Assembly: GCA_965637545.1 (NCBI GenBank)
Contig: OZ281495.1
Location: forward strand, 4,402,001 to 4,466,000
DNA: 64,000 bases
Source: Phallusia mammillata
Lineage: Eukaryota
Direction: 5' to 3'
Position 1 is the first letter of the stretch. The number at the start of each line of letters is the position of its first letter. Position numbers and translations under genes: made by a program. Below the pieces are notes generated by a model. The model saw only the letters and a program-made list of their open reading frames with translations, was not told where the DNA came from and ran no database searches. Shown here in pieces: positions 1-12,394 of the stretch.

Positions 1-922
1 AAACAATGAATTTATGAGATTTGTAATTAGCAGATAATATAGAACACAAAAAGTAATGTAATTGATATAACTGTAGCCAACAACAGTGTCACATACGTTT
101 GGTATATATTTGTTGCCACTCAAACTGATTTTTCAACAAAGCTTATTTGACCATTTTATCCGTATTATTTATAATCGGTACAAGCACATATACCGATTAT
201 AACCTTAGTTAATAACGTTCTAAACATACATAACTTCAGCTAAATTAATCTTAGTCATTTGTGTGAAAAACAATTTCATGAAACTCATGATATACAAATA
301 AAATCAACTGATACTTTAGGTACTGCGTGAAAGCATAACATGGGTAAAATGAACCTATAGTTAGGAAATAAAAAGTGTTAGGACCTTCACAAACTAACCG
401 AAATAACTTTTAACTTGCCATTACTATTTTTAGTTGGAAAGTGACAGTATAGTAGAATGAGACCTGACATTAAGTTTTCCAGGTGATGCACACAGACAAA
501 GCAAAAGATGCCGAAACTAAAAAATTTTGCTCAAATTTTCCAATCCACCGGCATTTGCGAACACAAAAATTACAAAATTTGTTTATACACAGCTAACCGG
601 CGTTTAGTGCTCAGTTAATCACGACGACAGAAAAATTCTAGACAGATTTAGCGCAATCTAATGTACATGCACTTAAGCATATTAATGTGCTTACTTTTAT
701 TTTACTTTTGTTTTAATTTGGCTAAATCAACTATTCCCAACTAATACATATGCGGGCTGATAGCAAACACTACTTTGCAAATCTATACATATATTTAAAT
801 ATGTGCGACATGCGATGTCAGAGAGAAATCGTACAGCTGTTATAATTGAAGAACTTAAAACAAAATTTGGGTAACAATTTAAACATTTTATTTCCATTTA
901 ACAATAAAATTTGGGTCTAATT

Positions 923-3524
923 CTAAGTCTCTAACTCTATGTCTGTTTTAACTGGCTCATCAGAACAGGGGCAACAGCAGCAGCAGCAGCAACAACACTT
1001 GAGGTGCTTCATGATAAAATCAATAACAGCTTTGATTCCTGCCAAACACAAATATTACAAAAATATTTTTGTTCTAAAAAATATTTTTATGCGCAAAAAT
1101 GTTTGTAATTGATTTTTATTTTCGAAAATAGTAATGATTTTTGCTTACCACTCCAAATGGCCATCAAACATTTTTTTATAGCCTCCCAAATGCATTTCCA
1201 ATTCCAGAAATGACCGGTAAAACAGCCAACAATAAATAAACCGACTATCAGTATCGCCCAGAGCCAGTCTGGTAAAGCTGTAAACGATAAAAACATTGAC
1301 AACAGCTCTATGCAAAGTTCGTTGAACTGGCACAATGTAAATTCTTACCTGAGCAGTTCTTACATGTTGACACTTTACCAGAAGTGCAATAAGAAGAGAC
1401 AACAACTATACCTTCCTTCTGACATCTCGCCACAGCAAACCCGTTACATCCGACGGGACAAGTCAAATTCACCAACTCATTGTATTGAATTGTAGCTGGA
1501 CTGTTGTCATATTTACAATCCTCTTCACAATCACTTTTACATGGTAAATATTCATTCAAGTAACAAACCACTGCAAAATAGAATCAGGGCATTAAAAAAA
1601 TCGTTTTGTCAATAAACCAAAGAATACGGAAAAACAAAGAGTGTGTACCATTTAATTATAACATGCAGAAGTTCGCTCTAGGCATGAGCTGTCCTTAATT
1701 TATTGTGAATGTTGTTGTTTTTTCCGCTAGTGAAACACATAACTGACATCATTACACAATTAACAAAAAACGAAATATTCGTTTCAAATTATACAATATG
1801 GACACAACAATCGATGCGAAAGTCGCATTTTCTCTCTGCATTATGTATGAAATGCAACCAAGGGCGATTTGTTCACTTGTGTAACGTCACCTGGTTGGCA
1901 AGGGTTCGTGACGTTCAACAACTTGTTGGCTCCACAAACAGCTGTAGAATTTCCACTGCAACCATCAGGACAAGTCATATTGATACTTTCTCCAAACCGT
2001 AAATCTGACCCGGTAAATTGGCAGCTTGTCGCACAACCACAGTCCGCTTGTTGCGGAAGAGAGCAAGTAACAGCTAAAATGAAAAACAAAAAGGTTGTTT
2101 TGCATTAAACACAACAATTTTGAACAGCAGTATGTCAGTTGACACTTTAACAATTGCTTAACGAGTTTTACAGTTTCTTGATTTGTTGCAAAGCAACGAT
2201 ATTGCTGTTAACTATGTGTATTGTACTGCTTATTAGAACAAACCTTCACAAACAATCGATTCACTCCAAGTTGCATCATTTTGGCAAGTTGCAGTAACAG
2301 GACATCCTTCATAATCATCAATACATGAGAGTGTCGCAATACAACCTAGACCGCATGGGACTTGTGTGACATCTGCTACTACTTCCTGCGAAGAGCTGCA
2401 CTCTGTTCAAAAACATAGGTTGCTGTTTCTCCCTCAGGAATCTGGCACTAATCTTTTCACAGGTCTTTGGTCCTGAGCAGTACGCACGTTGTGTTTTGTA
2501 AGTTACAACTGTTCTTGTTTAAACTTTTGCTTATTTGTGCTCATTTAGGCTTTTAAAAAAACTTACCTGAAGCGATAATTGTCACATTTGGAAGGGTAAA
2601 CCCATCAGAATCTTCTACCGCCAGAGTAGCATTGTTCATGTGCGATGAAAGAATGACGTGTAGGGTCATAACGACATCGCCCGGTAAACTTTGGACACTA
2701 AAATCAATGTTTTTGAATCACTGCAAACCCTTCATTGTTAAGTTATGAGCAAATTTTATCAGGCACGTGAGGTACAAGCATAGCCAAACCAAAATATTCA
2801 TTGCTGTGTTTACTGTTGGAATTATATATCTGGTTGATTAAATAGCGGAAATTCTTTTTTTTTGCAATGCTCGATAACGTACATCCAATTGTGCCAAATT
2901 AAATAATAAATACTTCAATGAACAATGCAATAGATAATGTTATATTAAACTAGCAATATGACGAACATCTGTAGCTAAATCAAAAGATATTGTTGAACGG
3001 TTAATTTGGTTCAAAAATAGAATAAATATACTTAACTTTAAAGATAGAAATTCATTGAATGTTGAATTGTATTGAGTTACCACTGGTAATAAAACAAGAC
3101 TGCCAAACACTTCGTACACTGGTGTCTAAAATGTAGTACGGTAAAAATTGAAGTACTCCTACGAATATTTTACATTTAGTTCTTAGACGAAATAAGTTTT
3201 GCAACCTATAACAACACACATTTGTTTTTGGGTAAATTCTATTGTTCTTAATGTGTATCTTACGTTGTTAATATACCAATAAATAGTAATAGAACCACTC
3301 GTGTAGTCGTTGGTAGTTATATACGTTTGTGTCCCGTTAATAACTGTAGTTACAGGAGAAATATCAAATGATGAAAAGCTTGATCTTGTGATGTTTATCG
3401 AACCTGTAACGCATAAAATGGTTGGTTTCTAATTGGTGCACTATAGCACGCCGTTAATACAAATAGCACAGTTTACACACTTACATACAAATGCGATGAA
3501 ACATGTTGTTAGCGAATAGTTCAT
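923..3524 (-). CDS. Gene A: small-family type I membrane protein, ~402 aa (signal peptide, Cys-free Ig-like domain, 3 CCP/sushi-like repeats, TM, poly-Cys tail)
   Basis: Nine exons with GT-AG sites and closing phases: 3485-3524, 3264-3403, 3037-3125, 2567-2697, 2244-2402, 1891-2073, 1349-1570 (alternative in-phase donor at 1379), 1149-1277, 923-1038. The N-terminus is MNYSLTTCFIAFVCSINIT. CCP1 reads CSSSQ...CGLGCIATLSC...TCQNDATWSESIVC. The TM is WLWAILIVGLFIVGCFTG. The tail ends KCCCCCCCCCPCSDEPVKTDIELET*. Confidence 0.88.
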
Positions 3525-4434
3525 TTTCGACGAAAATCGAAGTATACGGATTTCTGGTTTCTTTGAGCAAATTAATGGTTCATTAACAGCGTTTTCGAGC
3601 AGTCACGGAAAGCCTACTGCTGTATCCCAACAATCTAAAGCTTTCATTTATAACCAAAAGGTAATCTTTTTCTGAAATATATTCAAATCACAAAGCAGGA
3701 AATTTTTTAGTTTAGTATAAATAGTTGACATACACATGATCCAAACATTTGTTATGTTACATACTAGAACAGTAAAAGGTCAAATTTCAAATTTGTGCAA
3801 ACAAATGCTTCACATTTATACGACCTGAATTAATTTATACGCGTATTATCTCTAATTATTCTCTTCCTTCTCCAGCTTCAAGTTGTTTAAAATTTAGAAA
3901 CGAATTACGAGTTTTTCAAAAAAACGTTTAAAATTTCAGAATGTTTGTCTCAAAATACAATTTTAAACTGTGTATTTAGTCATGTCAGAATGTAATAGTA
4001 AAAATACAGGCAATGCGAACCACAAAACACGTTACTCGATATTTTGAATGTCACCTGGTTTACATTGCCATATTTAGTCTTGTTGCAAAACAAATACTAT
4101 TCATTTCGGTAAGAAAACCAAAAGATTCAAATCTTGCCCAAAATGTGATAGAACTTGACAGTGAGCATATTTTTCCAAAGCACCAAGTAGAAACACTAAA
4201 AAGTGTATTGCAGTGCCCTACCAACCGTTCCTCATTTTAACAAATTTGTTTAAAATGCTTCATTGAAACTCTGCTGTTGACAACTGTTCTACACCTGCTA
4301 GAATCCATCCACCTTGCACAAAATCGACCCACTTCTTTGGAACAAAAAGCTTATTGACTTTTGACAAAAAAAGGTTTTGGCGTCTTGTGCGTTACTGCGT
4401 TACGAGCGCATTGCCTTGCGCACTGGCAATCAGA
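3525..4434. promoter_or_regulatory. Putative bidirectional promoter between divergent genes A and B
   Basis: About 910 bp separate two outward-facing ATGs. A CpG-rich patch (GCGTTACGAGCGCATTGCCTTGCGCAC, ~4397-4423) lies just upstream of the B ATG. Promoter function is inferred from position only. Confidence 0.5.
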
Positions 4435-7400
4435 ATGTTGCGAATATTTGGATTTCATCTCAGTCTTATACTTTTTGCAAAATCAATTATAGTTGATGGT
4501 AAGTAAAATAAGATTTGAGGTATAGCGATAAAATAAAATATTAAATTGTTGTTTAAGGAAAAGCAACATGTGAGACGATAGACGCAGCACAGGGAAGCAT
4601 AACCTGCAAAAGTTTCAACGTGACCAATTGGGAGATGACAATCGATTATAATGTGAAGCAATTAAATCTGATTGTGAATACAACCACAATAGGTTTTGCT
4701 GTACCATCTTGGGGATGTTGTATCTTTGATGCTTGTCCATCACCATCTTTTCCAAACAATTTCAGTTTACAAGCACACGTAGCGTGTAACGACAGCTGGG
4801 TTTCTTTACTTGTCCACGAAGTACATCAAAACTTACAATTTTCCTTCTATCAAGACTGTAGTAATACCGTTGCAAAAAGTGTTGTTATTGTCCAAGGTAA
4901 ATTACATTACATGCGAGTTTAAACTAATACTTGCATTGTATAATTTTGTAAACAGAGCAAATAATAAAACAATGCATGTTTGTTGCAATAATGAAATCGT
5001 TCTATTTTTTAGATTGTGTTGGATATTGCAACTTAACTGGATGCATAAGCAGCGCAAGTTACAACAAGACGTCAAATTTCGCTTGTGAACAAAACACCAC
5101 TTTGTTTGTGGATGGAAATCCTCAAAGCAGTCTGAAATCTGACTTTCCAATGGTTTGTGATATTTCAAGCTCATGGGTTGGGCAAGGAACACCAGAATGC
5201 TGGTTTGGTAATTGATAATGTTTTTGTTATTTCTTTTGGCCTTTTGCCACTTTTTTCTACTACTGGAATATAGTGTGTTGTTTATTTTGGTAATAATGTG
5301 GTTGTCGGTCCATCATAATTGTTTTAAAAATTGTTGAATATTTCAGCTTTACTCGAAAACTTCCAACCAGTTTACAATGAATCGGACAACGTTTATACAC
5401 AATGTACCTTGAGGGGGAATTCCACCATACAGACAATATCATCAACAACTTTTTTAGACGGAAAAGAAGTGAGTGCTGCTGTACAACTACAGCGCATCTA
5501 GTGGTCAAACATAACTTCTTTTTAGGTTACAACCGATACGTTTCAAATTAATTCAACTTACAATGGAAAGTTAATTTGGTGCACCATTAAAGTTAATGGT
5601 GTCAGTCTGGAATCGAACAAACGAACACTAGTTGTTCATTGTAAGTTTGTGTTTAAAACCCAGAATTGCACATAGGCGTTTATAAAGCAATATATAAGTC
5701 GAACTTTGATCATTGCTTTAGAAAATTTTATTTCCAATTCTATTGTACTCAAGCTTACATATCACAACATCACAAAATTTTACAACAAACACTTATAACC
5801 CATCATTTCTTTTATTCGATTATACAAATGAAAAAGGCGTTCGTTTTAAGTTTGTTTACATTTTGTGTTCCCAAGTCAAACCGCAGACTGTGCTTATTCC
5901 AATATCTACGTCGGGTGATAACATTGTGAAAACAAGTGATGAGTTTCTTCTTCACTGGCCGGAAACGCTGAACATGACATGCGAGAACTCGGCTAACCCA
6001 CAAGCTACTTGTTCATGGGGGTATTTCAACCAAACACATGAAACCATCATACGAAATACTTGTAACACGAAAATCTACATAAGCAATTCTTCTAATGTTT
6101 GGTGCAACGCACTGAATCTATTGGGGGCAACAAATAGCAGTGTAAACAAGTTCTTGGTTGCTGGAAAAAGTAGGTGATAGGTAAATTGCGAGTAAATTCT
6201 TGACTGAAGTTGTGTTTGGCTTGCAGGAAGCACTTTTATCAATCTCGAACCAAACGACAATGAATTATTATTGGGCAAAACTCTTAATTTGAAATGTGGC
6301 ACTTTATTTCAAGTTGAATTAAATACCACGTTTCAATGGACTGTGCCAAATGAGCAAGGAATGAGTCTTACGCAAAGCAAACTTATAATTTCTAAAGCAA
6401 CGAAAATAGACGGTGGAAATTACACTTGTAAAACAAGCGATGCTTTTGACAGTGGAAATGCTACCGTAAACGTGGACGTTATATGTAAGGAGTAAACTTA
6501 TTACATGCACGAGTCGCGTTGATAGGTCAAAAAATACACACAAGGTGCCGAAAATACACGAAAATACACGTTTATATTGTTTACCCTACCAAAATGTATC
6601 AATATATTTGTAAATTCGTCAATACTTTCTTATGCATTTTATTTTGTGTTATGCGACTGTTACATAATATTTTTTTAATACAGTCTGCTGTTTTTTTAAC
6701 TACTATTCATCCGTGCTCTCCGTATATTGTTTTTGTGCAGGGAGTTCTTCCAATGTCACAATTAACGCAACTACAAGCGGTTTTTCAACATTTACTGAAT
6801 CACAAGTATTTCTACAACAAGATCAAAATGTGACAATCAATTGTTATCCCGATGATGCAAATCCAAAAGCAATATGTTTGATTCAAATCAATGATACCTT
6901 TTTGAATACCGATGCGGTTTCTTGTTCCAACACTATTTATTTCAATGAAACATCCATAGCCAATTGCATTGCGAGTAACAAAGTCGGAAAAACCAGCAGC
7001 AAAACTTTGGATTTTGTTGTCATATATGAAAGTATGGTGTTGATTTAGTTTGTACTTTTTACTGTCATAATTTTGAAACAAATCTACATGCACAGGAAAT
7101 TCCCACATTGAAGCACTCAAACAGCCGAATGTCCCAATACGAAATGGAAACGAAATTTCGTTGAGCTGCATTATTCCATATTATCAAGAGCTGAACACGA
7201 GTTTTGTATGGACCATACCCAGCTCACGAAATGTTGATCTTAACAGTCCAACTTTGTTGTTATCTGATCTGACAAGATTTGATTTGGGAGATTACACTTG
7301 TCATACACAGGACCAGTTTGGAAGTGACAATAATACGTTATTTCTGAACGTGACATGTAAGGAGTTTATTTCTAAAACTGTCATCCTGCAGTATTTTTCG

Positions 7401-9654
7401 GTCATACATTTTTCTATTTTTAGATCCACCGATAGAGACAGACGGTTATACAACATGCAACTGGACTGAAGTAAAAACGGAAAAATGTTTTTTAACATTT
7501 TCTTCAAATCCTTTAGCCACAACTTACACGTTATCCAATAAAGGGTGGCAAGGAAAAATCGGTAACGATCCAAATGACACCACTGAACAAACTTTTTATC
7601 TTCTTTTGGGGGTAAATATTTTACTAATATTAATTCTGTTTGGTTGAAGTAATGTTTAGTTGCCATTGTTATCTCTACTATACTTTATGACAGTGTATGT
7701 TTATTTTGAACAGACTGAAAGCACTGATAGCAGCGACGAAACGATTAAATTGACAATCATAAGCTCTAGCTTTCCTGATGAAAATCTTGAAGTTACTTTT
7801 GTGATATCAAACAATCCTGGTCAAAACTCAAGTTCAAACAAAACAGCGATCATTGTTGGAATTGTGGTTGGGGTCATGGTACTTATTGCCATACTTGCCG
7901 TTTCATTGGTATTCGTTCGAAGAAGTCGTTCTGTCCAGAAACGAGGTGAGCTAGCTTTGTTTTGTAAACAGGATGCAGTCGGTGAAACAAATATATATTT
8001 TTTGTTAGAACCTTCAGTCACAAGTGATGAAAGTAGTCGAAGTGAAAACAATTATATGGAAGGTATATACACAAACAATTTTACCGCATCATTTTTTCTG
8101 TTGAAAAGTTGTTTCATTTATGATCGATACTTACCTAAAGATAATAAAACCAAAAAGTATTAATAAGATAATAAAACCAAAAGTAAACCAAAAGTATTAC
8201 GCGTGCGCTTTAAACACATTTCAATTACTTTCAGACGAACCACCCCAAGTTCGACATGACGAATATGCGACAGTTGACTTGAACAAGAAGAAACCTAAAA
8301 GTAACTTAAATAAATAATTTAATATGTTATTAAATGCCAATGTGTATTTTTCAGATAAAAATTCCACCAAGGAAGAAAGGATAAACCCGCTGTATGGCGA
8401 CCTCAGTGATCCCGATGCGATCCAAGATGCTTTTTCCGGGCCAACTGAATCAGGTATTACGAGGTGGTCGAAAAGCTTAAGTTGTAATTATCATGGGTAA
8501 ACAATCCTTATCATGCCTTTGGCCACTTGGAAACGTGTTGTTTTTAGCTCTTTGTTGCAAGCAACTTCCTAGTAATCATCCAACTTTAATTTAGTCCTTA
8601 AAGCTTTCAGCCTTGTACCACGCTGAGGGTTAGAATAATTTTGTATAGAAATGGAACAGTACAGATAATCTATATAACAATATTAACCATTTAGCACGAC
8701 TGTTTATGTTACGTTTGCAGAGAAAGAAGATAAAGTCAATCCGATTTATTCCCCAATGCAAACAAGTGCTGTAATCGGAGAAGTTTACGCACAAGTTGAC
8801 ATAACAAAGAAAACGAAAAGTAAGATAGGTAACTTTGATGTGAAAATGCAACAACGTTAATGTGACATATTTCGTAGGCGAAAAGGAGGAAAAACAAAAT
8901 CCGTTATACGGTTCCTACCCGGTTCCGTTAAACTTGCATTCGGGCCAAACAGAGTCAAGTGAGGTTACTGATGATCCGTCCTATCAAACTTCTAAATTGA
9001 ATGGCGACACTTATGCACAAGTTAATAAGAATCAACTGACAAATGGTACGTGTGACAGAGAATGGATTTACGCAACGACTAAATAGGTCGATCCTTAAAC
9101 GTATATGCAAGGTCACCTCCCTTCGCGCGCATGAAAACATTTCTATCATTTTAAATGCACCCGGTAGTCACTCTTTAGCAAACGATGATTAAAAATCTGT
9201 TTGGGGTAATTTGCTGATCAATTAGATATGGTAACTATGATCAAAATAACTTTTATTGTTGTAGATAATTCGGCACCTGTTTCTAAAAGCAAGCCACCGA
9301 AGCCTCCTATCAAAAAGAAACCTGCTTTTATTCCTAAAAGTAAGTTTATGTTTTCAACATGCAGTGTGTGTCGATACCCAAAAACTATGACAAAATTATT
9401 TACAACAGAGTGACTGCATTGCCAATCTTCATGAAAAAATAACGTAAGTAAAGCAGTATTGTTTTGAAAATGTAGCACCTACTGTATTTTCGCATGTAAG
9501 TGGAAAAAACAATACGATAAAAAAAAGTATATGGATATCAATGTGTGTTATACGCATCTGGCTTTGTGCATTCTCTGTACATTTGCTTTAAACGATAATA
9601 TATAATTCTACAGAAATATCGCACCTAAGCGCTGTGGTTGCAAAAGTGATGTAA
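4435..9654 (+). CDS. Gene B: large-family Ig-superfamily receptor, ~986 aa (signal peptide, divergent N-domain, CCP, 5 Ig, juxtamembrane domain, TM, Tyr-motif tail)
   Basis: Eighteen phase-consistent exons: 4435-4498, 4558-4896, 5013-5207, 5347-5468, 5526-5640, 5876-6169, 6227-6484, 6741-7031, 7096-7356, 7424-7611, 7714-7945, 8009-8062, 8235-8300, 8355-8453, 8721-8819, 8878-9045, 9265-9339, 9614-9654 (alternative last exon 9725-9774). Ig signatures include LKC...W...DGGNYTC and LSC...W...DLGDYTC. The TM is AIIVGIVVGVMVLIAILAVSLVFV. The tail has NPLY, NPIY, NPLY, YATV, YAQV x2 and PPKPP. Confidence 0.9.
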
Positions 9655-12394
9655 CAGCGCAATTTATTGTGGAATTTCATACACGTTTCTGATGTACAAT
9701 CACAACTTCATTTTGTACTTTCAGGAATTGACCTGTCAAATGTGGTGCAAAAGTTTTATTCATCAACGAACTAGCCAGTGCAATTGCTAAAAATAAATAC
9801 ACATGTTTACGTCATTATATTTTTAAATTATTTCACTTTTTATTCCTATTTAATTAAAAGAATTGTGTAAATTACAAATTTTGTGGTTTTTGTTTACATA
9901 TATTTATTATCACTTCATTTATTTTACTGCTCTTTTAATGTACTGTTTTTGAGTTAAATCTTCCATAATTTTGATGGGTTTTCCGTTAATTGTTTAAAAC
10001 CGTTGCATCATAAAATTCAAAGCCGTTGCCTCGTAATATTCATGTCCTCCAATTCTGTTTAGCACATACACTTTATGTTGTACAAACAACGTAAGTCTTT
10101 ATGACTCTTCATAGGGATTTTCATGCAACGTGCTCATGTCGTACAGTGTATAATTTTCTTGCAATTAACTTGCACTTATCTGCCGGTCTGAGTTATGTTG
10201 CAGTTTGGTTGCAGTAATGGTTTTATATTTAAAACGGTTTTCAAATTGAGTTCCAATTGACTGGACTGCGATTAGTTTGAGCAAACAGTTGCCTTCCGCG
10301 CACTGTTTGCGAATTAAAATCAACGAAAGCGCACAGACTTTGGTACGCTGTGTATCAATCTGATGTATACTATGTCGCTTTGTTAATTTTCGCAGTGATT
10401 TTTGTTTGTTACATGTGATTTTGAACTACTATGTTACATTTGTAAAAGTTTAATAAAAGTTGTGGCTAAAGTGTGTTAAAAAGCCAGTGTCAAAAATGAG
10501 GCTACTACTAAGCTACTACCAACAACGCTTCAAACAAAACACCAAAAGCATTTGTATTTGTACAAAACAAACTTTATTGCTATAAAACAATAAAATAAAC
10601 GAGCAAATTGAGCTACTGAATATACGGGACCACTGCAAAATCCCAATAAAGGTCGTTAAAACGAAAGTAGTTCGTACACAAACAATCTTATCATTTCGTA
10701 CCAACGGTCGTCCTGTATATCAACTTTAAGCAAACAATATCGCGACAGAAATAGCACACGGCAAACTACACTGACGTCAGCATATGCTGGTTAATAATAA
10801 ATTTTATGAGCGTAAGTTTGCTTTGCTCTTGTGATGTTGCTGCGTTCGCACGCATAGTCAGGTTGCTAGTAACACAAGCCCGTCTGAATGTTTCAAATAT
10901 ATAATACAACAGAAAGACTTTCATTTTAACTGTTTGTCCAAAGTCCTGTGATATTAATACTTGGACTTCTAACAAGTTTCTGTTGCTTTGCAAATAAAGT
11001 TTTAATCAAGTCTGATTGTAAATCATAATTTCAATGAGAATATACAAAACCTACAAACATGCTTTGACGTTAAAGCAAGAAAAACGGGGTTTTGGTCACT
11101 TTTCGGGTTTTGGTCACTTTCAATGTAATATTAACATAACACTTTAGTTTGAGAAGGCAATTTGTTCGAATGTCTTATTTCGGCAAAAAATACGCCCCAC
11201 CCATTCAAATGTCGTTTTTGCGTTAGAATTTGGTAAAAGTCTGCCCGAAAAGGCAAAAAGGAGTGATCCCATGCTAAACGTTTGTCGACACCTTTTAATG
11301 TCTCCCGTTTCTCGGAGTGAGGTGTTTTTTTTGCATTTTAGATGCATGTAAATAGATAGAAGGGTTGTTTATACATTACCGATGTTTATTGGTTGTTTTC
11401 TCTTGGAAACAACAGCTATGATAGAGTAGCATGACTCAACAAGTTTACGAGGTAACCTAGCAAAACAATAGCCTCAGACAGTACAACTGCTGGGTAAACA
11501 TGTACAGTCGCAAGGCTGGAAAAGCTCCACGACAATCATCCGGCAGTATACAATCCAAAAACTGTCTCGTTACCACACCAAGCGACGATATGGATCTTCT
11601 GCAGACTTATGTTTATAATTTTACACTTTTATTTTTGATGCGTGTTATGGTGTGTCAACAAATTTCTGAAATAAGAATTATTTTTCCAAATAAAGTAAAG
11701 GTTGGTAAGGAAATGAACATGCTTTGCTGCGTTGACTAAGTAAATCTTACAACTAATCTTACTTAAAGATAGCGGAAATTTAGTTACGGGATCTTTTAAC
11801 ATCGGAACTAGATAGATTTGTTTAAAAGAGCTAAATCGTTTGTTTGGAAATTAAAAAGCAGTTAAAACTAAGGGCTTTTAGCACATTTCCATTTTGGCCA
11901 AAAAAGCAGGGCAAATTCTAATATCTACGATATTATAAATTAAAATTATAACTTTTTTGCACATTTCGGTATTTTTTTTCTTAAAAATTTTAAATGATGC
12001 TTACCGTTTTCTCGTTTACAACGAAACCAAGAAAGAACACACTAAGCATTGATGTAAATATAAAAGCTGCTCTGCATGCTTCCACAAATTCGGGCATTAC
12101 GCTTATTTCAATCCCACACAAACGGCAAATTTATTTAAAAATTTACATGAAGCAAAGCCTTATCGTGACAACATACTCTCAGACGTGCCATTGCTTGTGC
12201 TACGAAATAAATGTGAGGCGCTTTACGGTTGCGTAAGATTTAACGATCGTTTGCTTCAGTTTATTGGCTCGCAGTAGTAATAAAGACAAGCTGTAAAGGC
12301 CTGTGGAAAAATGACACAGAAAACCACAATAGGATGTTTGCCAAAAAAATGAGCACAATGCATTGAAAATACGAATCATAATCGGTAAAGAAGA

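Noticed and set aside
971-997. (CAG)n run as a polyglutamine ORF or simple microsatellite
   Set aside because: It is the antisense of the poly-Cys codons in the last exon of A.
4013-4240. ORF with a hydrophobic patch and GTAAG donor as the first exon of gene B
   Set aside because: Its donor is phase 0, while exon 2 starts in phase 1. Exon 4435-4498 gives a better signal peptide, the right phase and a normal 59-nt intron.
7821-8051. Track ORFs antisense to real exons (also 20217-20459, 23374-23859, 28748-28978, 55248-55433, 62871-63137 and many others)
   Set aside because: These are shadow frames of the spliced genes, with no independent splice or domain support.
8235-9045. Labelling the YAxV motifs as canonical ITIMs or ITAMs
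   Set aside because: Y-2 is acidic rather than I/V/L/S, and no YxxL/I-x6-8-YxxL/I spacing is present.
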